From an uncultured Mycoplasmatota bacterium (GTDB lineage: Bacteria > Bacillota_I > Bacilli_A > RF39 > UBA660), in assembly GCA_949288035.1 (NCBI GenBank), contig CASEIJ010000047.1, forward strand, positions 1,592-65,591: 64,000 nucleotides of DNA, given 5' to 3'. Shown here one piece after another: positions 17,045-27,987 of this stretch; the stretch's first letter is position 1, and every line of letters starts with the position of its first letter. The notes beneath the pieces were generated by a model. That model made no database searches and had not been told where the DNA came from. It saw only the letters and a program-made list of their open reading frames with translations. Position numbers and translations under genes: made by a program.

Positions 17045-19393
17045 TTATACTTGTAAATCCATTTTCATTTGTTTTTGATTTGTCATTTTTACAATTTCAA
17101 ATACTTCCCTATAATCTTTCACTGGATAAAATTTAATCTGTTTTCTAACTTCCATTGGAATTTCATCTAAATCTCCAAGATTATCTTTTGGAATAATAAT
17201 TTTCGTAATCCCATTACGAGCAGCACCAACTGCTTTTTCTTTTAAACCTCCAATAGGAAGTACCTCACCCCTTAGGGTAATTTCTCCTGTCATAGCTAAT
17301 TTCTCACTCACAGGTTGTCCCGTAAAAGAACTCACAAGGGCCGTTGTAAGAGCAATACCAGCACTTGGTCCCTCTTTTTTTACCGCTCCTTCAGGGACAT
17401 GAATATGAATATCATTTTCTTCTAAGATATGTTCATCAATCCCAAATACATCTGCTTGTGATTTAATATAAGATAAAGCAATACGAGCACTTTCTTTCAT
17501 AACATCCCCTAAAGAACCAGTTAATACCAAATTCCCTGTTCCTTTAAAATAAGTTACTTCAATTGGCAGTGTATCTCCTCCATAATTTGTATACGCTAGA
17601 CCATTCACTACCCCAACCTGTTTCTTTTCCACTTTAGAAAATAAATATTTTTCTCTTCCCAAATATTCATAAATCATTTGATTATCAACAATATATACAT
17701 CTTCTACTGTTCTTGTAGTAATCATTTTCGTAACAATCTTACGAACAATCGTCGATAGTTGACGCTCTAGTTCACGAACACCTGCTTCTTTGGTAAATCC
17801 TCTGATAATTTTTAAAATCATTGCATCACTTATCTTAATTTTATTTCTATGAATTCCATGTTTCTTACAAATATTTTTTAATAAATATTTTTTCGCAATA
17901 TCGACTTTCTCATATTCTGTATAACCCGATAACTCTACAATTTCCAAACGATCTCTTAATGCTTCTGGAATATTTTCAAGATAATTAGCTGTTAAAATAA
18001 ACATAACATGTGATAAATCATATGCTTCTTCTAAATAATTATCAACAAATGTCTTATTTTGTTCTGGATCCAATACTTCTAACAAACTACTCGCTGGATC
18101 TCCTCTATAATTACTATTTAACTTATCAATCTCATCAATTAAAAATAATGGATTACAACTTTTTGCCTTCTTCATAGAAGTAATAATACGCCCTGGTGAA
18201 GCCCCAACATAAGTTCTTCTATGTCCAATAATTTCAGCCTCATCACTGACTCCACCAACAGATATTTTCACAAAATTCTTATGAATTGCTTTTGCAATCG
18301 AAATCGCAAGTGTTGTCTTCCCTACTCCTGGAGGACCTACCAAACAAATAATCGGGCCATTCAAAGAATTCGTCATTTGATTGACTGCTAAATATTCAAG
18401 AATACGTTCTTTGACCTTCACCAAACCAGCATGAGAAGCATCTAACCTCTTACGCACTTCCTTCAAATCCGTTTCATCCTTCGTATACACATTCCACGGA
18501 AGTGACAAGAACCACTCGATATACGTTTTAATCACCCCTAATTCAGGGCTCATTGGAGGTAATTGCTCATAACGTTTCATCTCTAAACGAAGCTTTTCTT
18601 TCACTGTATCTGGTGCTTCTAAAGCTTCAATCTCAGTTTTTAACTTTTCATTTTCTTCTTCTACTTGATCATCTTCACCAAGCTCTTGTTTTAATATTTT
18701 TATCTTCTCTTTTAACATAAATTCTTTCTGATTATGATCTATTTCATTTTTTACTTTATTATCTATTTCTTTTTCTAATTCATATGCTTGTTCTCCACGG
18801 TAAATATCTTCCAAAATCATCTGTGTACGTAACTTAGGATTACATTCATATAAAAACTCTTTGCGACGATCAAATGTTAGTGGTAAATGAGCAGCAATTA
18901 AATCTGTCACAACACTTAAATTATCAGAAGTACGAATCTTTTCTACAACACTATTCGAAACATAAGGAATTAATTCTAAATAATGATCTAATTCTCTATT
19001 TAATTTAGCCGTTAAAATCGCTGTTTCAGCATCTTCTACTGGTGGTTCTATATTTACTTCTATCACAGCTTCGATTTCACTCATATGGTTCATATGAAGA
19101 TATTCATGAATAAGAGCCCTTTGTTCTCCTCTCATCACAACCCTGACTTTATCATTTGGTAACTCTACTTTATTTAATATTTTGGCTACTACCCCTATCT
19201 TCGGTAATTCATCTAAAGTAGGAGTCTCTTCAAAACGGTCATTTCCACTTACTACCAATACTTGATTATCGTGAAATAACTCCGCTACATCAATCATATT
19301 TTTCGCATCTTTTTGTTCAAATTCAAATCTTACTTCTGAATTTGGAAGTAAGATCAAACCTCTTAATAAAATTACGGGTAAATTTAACTTCAT
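17045..19393 (-). CDS. lon: ATP-dependent Lon protease
   Basis: LON N-domain, Walker A GPPGVGKT, protease site PKDGPSAG-type (KKEGPSAGIA). Start at MKLNLPVILLRG (ATG 19393). Confidence 0.95.
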   Translation of the reverse strand: MKLNLPVILLRGLILLPNSEVRFEFEQKDAKNMIDVAELFHDNQVLVVSGNDRFEETPTLDELPKIGVVAKILNKVELPNDKVRVVMRGEQRALIHEYLHMNHMSEIEAVIEVNIEPPVEDAETAILTAKLNRELDHYLELIPYVSNSVVEKIRTSDNLSVVTDLIAAHLPLTFDRRKEFLYECNPKLRTQMILEDIYRGEQAYELEKEIDNKVKNEIDHNQKEFMLKEKIKILKQELGEDDQVEEENEKLKTEIEALEAPDTVKEKLRLEMKRYEQLPPMSPELGVIKTYIEWFLSLPWNVYTKDETDLKEVRKRLDASHAGLVKVKERILEYLAVNQMTNSLNGPIICLVGPPGVGKTTLAISIAKAIHKNFVKISVGGVSDEAEIIGHRRTYVGASPGRIITSMKKAKSCNPLFLIDEIDKLNSNYRGDPASSLLEVLDPEQNKTFVDNYLEEAYDLSHVMFILTANYLENIPEALRDRLEIVELSGYTEYEKVDIAKKYLLKNICKKHGIHRNKIKISDAMILKIIRGFTKEAGVRELERQLSTIVRKIVTKMITTRTVEDVYIVDNQMIYEYLGREKYLFSKVEKKQVGVVNGLAYTNYGGDTLPIEVTYFKGTGNLVLTGSLGDVMKESARIALSYIKSQADVFGIDEHILEENDIHIHVPEGAVKKEGPSAGIALTTALVSSFTGQPVSEKLAMTGEITLRGEVLPIGGLKEKAVGAARNGITKIIIPKDNLGDLDEIPMEVRKQIKFYPVKDYREVFEIVKMTNQKQMKMDLQV

Positions 19394-19535
19394 ATCATCA
19401 CCACACAAATTGTTATTTATTATAGTATAAATTATAAAAAATGTATAGTGATTTTTATTTCTTTTTTTGAAAAACATGTCAAATTATGTCACAAAAAAAC
19501 ACTCACATATTTGTGAGTATTTCTGGTCCTATAAT

Positions 19536-21008
19536 AAATAGTGTTGGTGAGTAATTACTGACATTATTTTTAATTAATAAAAAAGAGTCATATCAGAATC
19601 CTATGATACAATGTAATTGGAAAATCAAACATTGAAAGGATCTGATTAAATGACTCATACTGATTATACTAAAAAAATACTAAATATTAAAGATGAAAAT
19701 ATATATTTTTACGATAATTGTTTAGAAATTAAAAAAATCAATGGTGTTGATACAAAAATATTTCATGGTTACCTTACTTATACTCCTGATTTTTGTCCCC
19801 ATTGTGGATGCATGAATGATGGCTTTCATGATATTATTAAATGGAATTTTAAAAGAAACTGTAAAATTAAAATTACGAAAGTTGCCAATTATAATACCAT
19901 TCTACTTTTAGATAAACAAAGATTCTTTTGTAAACATTGTAATAAAACCTTTACTGCTTCTACGAATGTAGTTGACTTTCACAAACAAATTTCTAATGAT
20001 ACAAAATTATCTGTTATTCTAGATTTAATGCACAAAGGTTCTGAAAAAGATATCTCTATTAGAAATAATATTTCTACTAATTCTGTTAATAGGATTTTAG
20101 ATGAAATTTCTAATGATACCATTGTTAAAAACAATGGATTATTACCTGAAGTATTAGATATTGATGAATTTAGTGCTACAAAAGATACTATATCTAAATT
20201 AGCCTTTATTATTGTAGATCAAACAAATAGAAATATTTTTGATATAAATCATAGTAGAAAGTCTTTAGATATTAATAAATACTTTAGAAATTATTCTAAA
20301 AAAGAACGAGATAAAGTTAAATTCATTACTTTAGATTTATATCAACCATATTATAAATTAATGCATTCTTTATTTAGAAATGCCATTTTAATTCCTGATA
20401 GATTTCATATTGTAATTCAAGCTAGAAATGCATTAGATAAAACAAGAAGCAACTTATGTAAAAAATCCAATCCCAATTATAAAAAATTCAAAAAATACTG
20501 GAAATTACTTTTAAAAGATAAGCGTGACCTAGATAAAAAGAAGAAGAAATATCAAATATGTTTTAAAAAAGAAATGTCGCAATATGATATTGTTTCTTAC
20601 TTATTAAATACAAATGAGGAATTATATGAAACTTACCAAATATATCAATCCCTTTTATATTCGATTGATACTAGAAATAAAGAAATATTCTTAAGTATTA
20701 TTCGTTGTAAAAATAAAAAAATATCTAAGTATATGAGAAAAGCTCTTAAAACATTTAAGAACATGAGAAAATATATTTTAAATGCATTTGATTATGAATA
20801 TTCTAATGGAATTGTAGAAGGAACTAATAATTTAATTAAACAAATCAAACATACTGCTTATGGTTATAGAAAATTTAAACATTTAAAAGCTAGAGTTATG
20901 TTAATTAAAGGATTATATAATCCTATTAAAGCATAAGAAAAGAGAACTAAATTTAGTCCTCTTAACCAGTTCATTTATCATTCGTTTTTGGTTCCACCAA
21001 CACTATTT
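19536..21008 (+). mobile_element. ISL3-family insertion sequence
   Basis: 14-bp terminal inverted repeats AAATAGTGTTGGTG (19536-19549) and CACCAACACTATTT (20995-21008) bracket the transposase ORF. No target-site duplication found. Confidence 0.75.
19650..20936 (+). CDS. ISL3 family transposase
   Basis: N-terminal Zn-finger CPHCG...CKHC, DEF...(DL)...GIVEGTNNLIK...AYGYRKF C-terminal signature. Confidence 0.9.
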   Translation: MTHTDYTKKILNIKDENIYFYDNCLEIKKINGVDTKIFHGYLTYTPDFCPHCGCMNDGFHDIIKWNFKRNCKIKITKVANYNTILLLDKQRFFCKHCNKTFTASTNVVDFHKQISNDTKLSVILDLMHKGSEKDISIRNNISTNSVNRILDEISNDTIVKNNGLLPEVLDIDEFSATKDTISKLAFIIVDQTNRNIFDINHSRKSLDINKYFRNYSKKERDKVKFITLDLYQPYYKLMHSLFRNAILIPDRFHIVIQARNALDKTRSNLCKKSNPNYKKFKKYWKLLLKDKRDLDKKKKKYQICFKKEMSQYDIVSYLLNTNEELYETYQIYQSLLYSIDTRNKEIFLSIIRCKNKKISKYMRKALKTFKNMRKYILNAFDYEYSNGIVEGTNNLIKQIKHTAYGYRKFKHLKARVMLIKGLYNPIKA

Positions 21009-23174
21009 GACATTGAACCGTACTTCTTCTATCTTATCTTCACGAATGCTAATGTGTTTCCTATTTGGTACTTGATTCAAAAAGTTTGTATAAAAATAAA
21101 TCTCTGTATAATTATCTTTTTGAACAATCGGGAAATATTGATGATTTCTTTTTAAATAGCCTTTTTTTAAGTGATATTGCTGAAGTAAAGGATATTTTAA
21201 AGTCATGACAATTGGTATTGTTTTAACTACTACTTCGATACTTGGAATATCTTGATATCTACTGAAATATGCATCATATAATTCTTCTATTTGTTCTTTA
21301 GAACATTCCAAGGAAACTGTCACTCTCTTTACACCTAGACTTTCTAAAAAACGTACTGCATAAGAATTCACTACATTAAATGTATAATCTGTAATCATAT
21401 CATGATAATGCATCAAACTTCCATATTCTGATACTAAGACAGACTTATTTATCTTTGGGTATTCTTTCATAATATTAGGTAATTTTAATACCACTTTCTC
21501 ATCTTGTTTTAATTTCTCATATAATTCTTTTTCTGCATATATGACTTGAATCTTGTTAGGTAATAGTTGATATTGATCTTCTTTTTGAATCAATGCAGTA
21601 TAACATGAATTCGTTGATTCTTTTTTGATGATTCTTTGATATGTTTGAGGAATATAATCTGCTCTTTTTAAGCGTAATCGATTTAGTTTTATCACCATTG
21701 TTCTTCTTAATTCGTTTAACGTAGAAAGAGGAATAAATCCTTCTTCTCCATGAATGGTTAATTTTTCAAACTCATAAACTGTATCATTTAATTTCATTAA
21801 TTTCTCTTTTATTTCATCTTTTGTCACAGGATGTTTTTGAGCAGGTTCTAATATTTTCTCAGTGTGTACAACTAGAGTATGAGATTGATCTGTTACCTTT
21901 AACTCTAATGGTTTTCCAATCTGACAAACCACTTCTCCTTGAATCGGAACTACTCTTTTTGCTTCTTTTAATATTTTACGAATCTTACAGATCTGTTCAT
22001 CATCCGTTGTTTTCACCACTTGACAACCTGGCGTTACAGTATCATGAATCGTAAGTGAAATGATATCTCCTTTGGTTGCTTTTTTAACTCTTTGGTTATG
22101 ACATGTAAATTCATTTAATACAACCCCTACATCTTTTTTATCTAATATACGGAATCCATCATGAATAGAAACAGAATCAGTTAATTGAATTTGAATCTTT
22201 TTATTTTGAACAGATGTCACTGTTCCTACTGGGATTCCCATATGATTGGGACGATAAGAATTTATAAATTGTTTCATATTTTCATGGAACAAAAAACCTT
22301 TCGTAAATCCACGATTAAATAGTTTTTTTAATTGTTTTATTTCTTCATCTGTAATTTCTATTTTTTTATGCTGATAATAAGCATCTACCGCTTTGCGATA
22401 TAGATGTGTTACATAATACACATACTCTGGTCGTTTCATTCTACCTTCTATTTTAATACTATCAACACCAGCTTCGATCAATTCTTTTACATAATCTAAC
22501 GTATTTAAATCTTTGGTACTTAGTAAATAACCATGATCTAATGGTTCTTTATTCTCGTTGCAAATTGTATAATCTAATCTACAACATTGTGTACAAGTTC
22601 CTCTATTTCCACTTCGACCACCTATTAAACTAGACATCAAACACTGTCCAGAATAACTAATACAAAGAGCTCCATGACAAAATACTTCAATTGGTAAATC
22701 AACTTGTTCTCTTATTTTTTTTATTTCTTCAATTGGAGTTTCTCTAGCAATGACCGCTCGTTTTAACCCTATTTTTTTGGCAAATTCAACTCCTGATTGA
22801 TTGTGCAAATGCATTTGAGTAGAAGCATGTAACTCTAATTTCGGATATCTTTGATGAATCAAATCAAACATTCCAATATCTTCAATAATGAGAGCATCAG
22901 GATGATATGTAACAAGTTCATCTATATAATGAATCAAATTTTCTACTTCTCGTTCATAGATCATCGTATTTACAGTCACATATACTTTTACTTGATACAA
23001 ATGAGCAATTTCAATGGCTTCTTTTAATTCCTCCATTGAAAAATTTCCTGCATAACTACGTGCTCCAAATTGATATCCAGATAAATAAACCGCATCACAG
23101 CCACCTAAGAGTGCGGCATAAAAGCTTTCCATCGTACCTGCTGGAGATAATATTTCAATTCGCTTCATGTTCAA
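21003..23174 (-). CDS. peptidase U32 family protein (long form)
   Basis: U32 signature region (E.FCHGALCISYSGQC), 723 aa. The last codon and the stop lie inside the IS right inverted repeat. Confidence 0.85.
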   Translation of the reverse strand: MNMKRIEILSPAGTMESFYAALLGGCDAVYLSGYQFGARSYAGNFSMEELKEAIEIAHLYQVKVYVTVNTMIYEREVENLIHYIDELVTYHPDALIIEDIGMFDLIHQRYPKLELHASTQMHLHNQSGVEFAKKIGLKRAVIARETPIEEIKKIREQVDLPIEVFCHGALCISYSGQCLMSSLIGGRSGNRGTCTQCCRLDYTICNENKEPLDHGYLLSTKDLNTLDYVKELIEAGVDSIKIEGRMKRPEYVYYVTHLYRKAVDAYYQHKKIEITDEEIKQLKKLFNRGFTKGFLFHENMKQFINSYRPNHMGIPVGTVTSVQNKKIQIQLTDSVSIHDGFRILDKKDVGVVLNEFTCHNQRVKKATKGDIISLTIHDTVTPGCQVVKTTDDEQICKIRKILKEAKRVVPIQGEVVCQIGKPLELKVTDQSHTLVVHTEKILEPAQKHPVTKDEIKEKLMKLNDTVYEFEKLTIHGEEGFIPLSTLNELRRTMVIKLNRLRLKRADYIPQTYQRIIKKESTNSCYTALIQKEDQYQLLPNKIQVIYAEKELYEKLKQDEKVVLKLPNIMKEYPKINKSVLVSEYGSLMHYHDMITDYTFNVVNSYAVRFLESLGVKRVTVSLECSKEQIEELYDAYFSRYQDIPSIEVVVKTIPIVMTLKYPLLQQYHLKKGYLKRNHQYFPIVQKDNYTEIYFYTNFLNQVPNRKHISIREDKIEEVRFNVK

Positions 23175-23207
23175 TCACCAAGCCTATTATAACACGTATC
23201 ATAGAAT

Positions 23208-24053
23208 TTATTCATCTAATAACTCTTCTAAATTAACTATCTTATATCCTTTTTGTTTTAAATAAGTTATCATCATTGGCAATTCTTTTTTTACTCTAGC
23301 ATCCATGTTCATTAAAATGATACTCCCATTTTTTATTTGTTCTATTAATTCTGAATAAGGATTTTCTTTAATCATGATATTTGGATAAATCGTATAATCT
23401 TTTTGTAATTTACAATTTTTTAGTGCTTTTTTATTTTCTTTTTCTACTAGACAATAACTTTGTTTTTGTCCTCCTACTCTTTTAATAATTGTATCAATCC
23501 ATACAAATGATTCATGCGTATAATCTCCACGATTACTATAATTTCCTACTGTAAATTTCTCCTCTATTAAAGAAGTTAACTGATTCTGATTGTTTTCAAG
23601 CCAACTACCATCTATAAAAAAAGTACCAGTTACTTTTTTTTCTTTTAATATTTCAATAAAAGGACTCGGATCTCCTTTTCCATCTACAATAAAAATGAAA
23701 CTAACCTGTCTTTTTTTCGGATTCCCAGTCTGAATATATTTGTCATATCTATCTTTTATACTAATTTCTGGAGATACTTTATCATATACCAGTAAATTGG
23801 GATGAAACTTACCATAGTGTTTCATTTCTTCATAACTTTTTTGTAAGTTCACTATTTTTCCAGAGATTCCAGGTATCATAAACATTCCATCAATTTTCGC
23901 ATTCTCTGCTTTTTCTTGATATTTAGGTGCTTGTTCTTTTAAAGTGATCATAATATCATCTACTTCTTTTACGACATCAATTGTTTTTTCTGTATAAAAA
24001 AAACTAAAACAAATGAGACTTAAAAAACCTAGAATTTCAAAGAATCGTTTCAT
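23208..24053 (-). CDS. polysaccharide deacetylase-like protein, membrane anchored
   Basis: Signal anchor, then a NodB-like region (FFIDGSWLE). Start at MKRFFEILG (RBS GGAGG). Confidence 0.5.
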   Translation of the reverse strand: MKRFFEILGFLSLICFSFFYTEKTIDVVKEVDDIMITLKEQAPKYQEKAENAKIDGMFMIPGISGKIVNLQKSYEEMKHYGKFHPNLLVYDKVSPEISIKDRYDKYIQTGNPKKRQVSFIFIVDGKGDPSPFIEILKEKKVTGTFFIDGSWLENNQNQLTSLIEEKFTVGNYSNRGDYTHESFVWIDTIIKRVGGQKQSYCLVEKENKKALKNCKLQKDYTIYPNIMIKENPYSELIEQIKNGSIILMNMDARVKKELPMMITYLKQKGYKIVNLEELLDE

Positions 24054-24132
24054 AACAACCTCCCAATTTAATGTATGCATAAAAAATTGTTTTAGAATTT
24101 CTAAACCAACAAAAAAAGTATCACTTGATACT

Positions 24133-25233
24133 TTATTCATAATTTAATGGTTTTAATTCATCTAATAAAAATTTACCATCTTTTCTAATTAAAACATCAT
24201 CAAAGTAGATTTCTCCCCCACCATACTCTGGTCTTTGAATCAAAACCATATCCCAGTGAATAGAGCTTTTATTACCATTAAAGGCATCTTGATAAGCACT
24301 TCCTGGTGTAAAATGGATACTTCCAATAATTTTCTCATCGTACAAAATATCTCCCATTGGTTCTTTAATTTCAGGATTTAAACCAAATGAGAATTCTCCT
24401 ACATAACGAGCTCCTTCATCAGTATTAAATATCTCATTCAATCGTTCATTATCTTCATCACAAGTTGCTTTCACTATTTTTCCATTTTCAAATGTTAATG
24501 ATACATTGTGATAAATATTACCTTGGTATGGACATGGTGTATTATAAGTAATTGTACCGTTTACACTATCTCTCACAGGTGCGGTATAACATTCTCCATC
24601 TGGAATATTTGCTGTTCCACAACATGGAATCGCTGGAATTCCCTTAATAGAAAATGATATATCTGTATTTGGACCAACAATACGAACTTTATCTGTTTTT
24701 TCCATTAACTCTTTCAAAGGTTTTATGATATGTGCCATTTTCTCATAATCAATGGTCATAACATCCATCGCATACTTTTTAAAATCTTCACTCGTCATCT
24801 GTGCTTTAAAAGCATCTAAATCAGATGGATAATTTAATAAAGTCCATCTTCTTTCATTAATACGAATGCTATGAATTTCTTTGGTAGCATCTCCTAATGC
24901 TTTTCTAAATTCTGCTTTTGTCTTTTTCGCATTGTACTCATTATCTAAATAACGAACACGGATAAAACAATCAAAGTGATCAATATCATACTGTGCTTGT
25001 GCTTTCATTTCTGGAATTCGTGAAAAGGTTGCTAATTCATTTTGTAACCCTTCCATCATACTATCTGTTAATCTTACAAAGGGAATTCCCCCTACTTTAG
25101 AAATATCTTTAATTAACTGTACTAATAAAGGCTTTGCTTCATATGCACTTTCAATTAAAACACGATCATTTTCTTTCACTTTTAAAGAATAAGTTACAAT
25201 TGTATTACTTAGTATTTCTATTTTTTCTTTCAT
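24133..25233 (-). CDS. aminopeptidase, M29 (AmpS/PepS) family
   Basis: Length and conserved blocks (GECYTAPV, VGEF.FG.NP, HFTPG, WDMV). Confidence 0.85.
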   Translation of the reverse strand: MKEKIEILSNTIVTYSLKVKENDRVLIESAYEAKPLLVQLIKDISKVGGIPFVRLTDSMMEGLQNELATFSRIPEMKAQAQYDIDHFDCFIRVRYLDNEYNAKKTKAEFRKALGDATKEIHSIRINERRWTLLNYPSDLDAFKAQMTSEDFKKYAMDVMTIDYEKMAHIIKPLKELMEKTDKVRIVGPNTDISFSIKGIPAIPCCGTANIPDGECYTAPVRDSVNGTITYNTPCPYQGNIYHNVSLTFENGKIVKATCDEDNERLNEIFNTDEGARYVGEFSFGLNPEIKEPMGDILYDEKIIGSIHFTPGSAYQDAFNGNKSSIHWDMVLIQRPEYGGGEIYFDDVLIRKDGKFLLDELKPLNYE

Positions 25234-25282
25234 GTGTCATCACTCTTTTCTTTTCATATAATATCTTTGAAGGGGGAATTTT

Positions 25283-25510
25283 ATGAATTATCAGCCTTAT
25301 CAAATTTATACCAATATGGGTAATCAAAGATTTGCAAATACAATGAATGGATATCGACCACCAAGACCAAACGATGATCGTTTTGGTTTCTTAGGACCAT
25401 TTATTTTAGGAGGCATTACAGGAGGATTACTTGCCCCTGTATTTCAACCTCGTCCATATTATTATAATAATTATTACTACCCACCATATTACTATTATAG
25501 ACCATATTAA
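25283..25510 (+). CDS. small Tyr/Pro-rich protein with one hydrophobic segment
   Basis: RBS AAGGGGG. 75 aa ending RPYYYNNYYYPPYYYYRPY. Confidence 0.5.
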   Translation: MNYQPYQIYTNMGNQRFANTMNGYRPPRPNDDRFGFLGPFILGGITGGLLAPVFQPRPYYYNNYYYPPYYYYRPY

Positions 25511-25551
25511 ATAAGATATACAAAAAACCTATTTCTTTTGGAAGTAGGTTT

Positions 25552-25935
25552 TTAATTACATTCTTTTGTCTCTACCTTTAAATTCTCAGAATTACCAGTT
25601 GCACAATATTGCTGATATTGAATTTTTACAGTCGCTTCATCTTTTTCATCCATTGTGATGGTACCACTTCCTAAAATAGAACCATCCACATCTATCACAT
25701 CACTTCCATGCTTTAATTGACTTCCATTTACTGTATATGTACCACCATCAAATATTTCATTTTCTGTTTGATAATATCGAATCGCATTTACCATTCCCTT
25801 AATAGAATCACGAAGTGTCTCTTTTTTTGACTTTTCAATTTGGTTCATGACTAATGGTGTTGAAATCAAAGCAATCACACCTATAATTAAAATAACTGCT
25901 AATAACTCAATTAATGTAAATCCATTCTTTTTCAT
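25552..25935 (-). CDS. prepilin-type N-terminal cleavage/methylation domain protein (type IV pilin/pseudopilin-like)
   Basis: MKKNGFTLIELLAVILIIGVIA class III signal. Confidence 0.85.
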   Translation of the reverse strand: MKKNGFTLIELLAVILIIGVIALISTPLVMNQIEKSKKETLRDSIKGMVNAIRYYQTENEIFDGGTYTVNGSQLKHGSDVIDVDGSILGSGTITMDEKDEATVKIQYQQYCATGNSENLKVETKECN

Positions 25936-26029
25936 ATCTTCACCTACATATCTTATAACAATTATAGCAAATGATACCTATTTCAGCAATGTATTTTCTC
26001 TAAAGCATAAGAAAAATCGCTTAAGCGAT

Positions 26030-27511
26030 TCATCCGATAATATATGGATTTGATTTGGTTCCATCTCCTCCAGTAATTTGGATAGAGGATTTTAGGAAGA
26101 GAACTGGACGAGCGCCATGAGGATTATCATAATTGTTTGCACTACCAGCCATCATACCAGAATAAAGGTCAGGTATGAACATAACATCCCAAGAATTGTG
26201 CAAATAGTCATCAGATTCTGCAGAAAACGCATTCATTGTCCAGTATATGATTACCCCTCCTACTTCTTCATTTATGGTATCAAAGTATGTTAAATAACTT
26301 CCACAAGTTTCTTCCATGTTTGCATTAAATTCATCTGTTGCCGAGGTACATGCGGTATTCGTACTTGCTTTTAATAAATCACTGACATTGATCAGTCCTA
26401 CGTTTCCTGTCCATTTGTACATCTTTTCTCCCGCTATATTCTTTTCTAGGCTATCATTTCCACTTTTATCTAACCACTGGACACTTCCTATATTAAAGGA
26501 ATGGCTTTGTACTTGGGTTTTCGCAATTCCTGTTAATGTTGGATAGTACGTATTATTTAAATACTCTTTGATACTTGAATCTTCTGTCACTGTTCCACTA
26601 TACTTTCCATCTGGTGTTTGAAATATTCCACTGACTGCTGCATAGACTCCACATCCCAAATCTGGATTTGTACAGTATGTATTATTTTCGGTTGAACGAT
26701 GATATGACTCATCATATGCCATAATTGTATAATTTTCATTTTGTGGTAGTAATTCATCTCTGATTATCTTATAAGTTCCATCAGTTTCTTTTGCTACAAT
26801 TCTCCATAGTTCATTATTAAACTGAATATAGTTATTTGGATTACTTCCACGATAGATATATCTTACTGTTTCATATTGGTCTTCATAAAGTCCATCTCCT
26901 GATGTGACTAACTCTACATTTTGGCCTCCCATATCCACATCATCGCTTGGAATAGGTCCTACTGGTACTCCATCATCACTTTGTTCATAAGTTAATGTGA
27001 TTTCAATTTCTTTTTGCATGTTTGTTTCACTGAAATCAACATTCTCATCCCAATACACTTTTACTTGGAATGTTTTCTTATCTCCGGCAAGTAATGCATC
27101 TCCTACTTTGATATTGGACACATTTACTTTGATTGCTTTTGGATCTTTGTTATTATTTTCATTTACTCCATTAATATTTGATAATACTGCATCCAAATCT
27201 CCCTGATTTTCTACAACTACATCATAGGTTGCACTTGCTCCTGGTTGTTCTAATTGAACATCTAATGTTAATGTTGTTAAGTCTGATATTTCTTTTCTTG
27301 TTGTAGTTGCGTTATTCATTTCTTTTTCTTCGGCACTTGTAAATAATATTTTCCAATTAGATGTAATCTGGGCTGTTCCATTGATATCTAATTGTTGACT
27401 TAGTACTGCATATCCAATTCCCAACATAAGAAAGATTGCGATACACAAACTACCTACTAGAAAGTATTTCTTATGTTCTCTGCTCATTCTTTTTCTTTCT
27501 ACTTTTCTCAT
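26030..27511 (-). CDS. large secreted/surface protein with N-terminal signal anchor
   Basis: 493-aa ORF with a TM anchor, then Asn/Thr-rich extracellular sequence. No catalytic motif recognised. Confidence 0.6.
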   Translation of the reverse strand: MRKVERKRMSREHKKYFLVGSLCIAIFLMLGIGYAVLSQQLDINGTAQITSNWKILFTSAEEKEMNNATTTRKEISDLTTLTLDVQLEQPGASATYDVVVENQGDLDAVLSNINGVNENNNKDPKAIKVNVSNIKVGDALLAGDKKTFQVKVYWDENVDFSETNMQKEIEITLTYEQSDDGVPVGPIPSDDVDMGGQNVELVTSGDGLYEDQYETVRYIYRGSNPNNYIQFNNELWRIVAKETDGTYKIIRDELLPQNENYTIMAYDESYHRSTENNTYCTNPDLGCGVYAAVSGIFQTPDGKYSGTVTEDSSIKEYLNNTYYPTLTGIAKTQVQSHSFNIGSVQWLDKSGNDSLEKNIAGEKMYKWTGNVGLINVSDLLKASTNTACTSATDEFNANMEETCGSYLTYFDTINEEVGGVIIYWTMNAFSAESDDYLHNSWDVMFIPDLYSGMMAGSANNYDNPHGARPVLFLKSSIQITGGDGTKSNPYIIG

Positions 27512-27617
27512 CTTTACTACTCCTTACCTTTCTTTCATATTATCACAATTTTATATGGTTTTATATAGGTTTTCTAGGTGTTTTACACTACATTTTTTTA
27601 CTTTATTTGCTAAGCGC

Positions 27618-27745
27618 AAAAAAGTTGCTTCCACTATGAAAACAACTTTTTCAATATTTTAATATCAATTAAATTGTAAGATGAGTATGGGAAATATAGG
27701 GTATTATTACCTAAATACCCCCCCCCATGGTAACTGATAGCTAAC
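27618..27745. repeat. repeat module R1, copy 2, including a C9 homopolymer (27718-27726)
   Basis: Same hairpin and TTATTACCTAAATACCC block as 4182..4285. Confidence 0.8.
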
Positions 27746-27987
27746 ATGCTTGTTATTTCTCATATTTCATCACCTAGTCTCCTACTGTTTACATTTTATC
27801 ACATTTTTTTATAAATGAAAAAGGAATTTATTATTCCTTTACAGTATGTTATTAGTAGAGGGATCAGTTAGGTGTTCACTTCCGATATAGATAAGGAGGT
27901 GACGGTTATGAGATATGAGAAATAACTGATTAAACAATTAATACAACTTTTGAAGCTTCTCATCATCCTTCTACTGTCTATTACATT

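Noticed and set aside
17045-19477. N-terminal extensions given by the ORF track for lon, ileS, the spoVID-like gene, the deacetylase, the OLD-like gene, int, recG, dinB and others.
   Set aside because: In each case an internal ATG with a clear GGAGG-type RBS coincides with the conserved N-terminus of the family. The upstream residues are hydrophobic or AT-driven read-through, so starts were trimmed accordingly.
19528-21016. Target-site duplication flanking the ISL3 element.
   Set aside because: The 8 bp outside the inverted repeats (CCTATAAT versus GACATTGA) do not match, and shifting the boundary by a few nt does not help. No duplication is claimed.
27908-27925. Five-codon mini-ORF (MRYEK*) behind a very strong RBS (AAGGAGGTG) on the + strand.
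   Set aside because: It may be a leader peptide, but nothing coding follows it on that strand. It also lies inside a decayed minus-strand ORF fragment. There is too little evidence to call it a feature.
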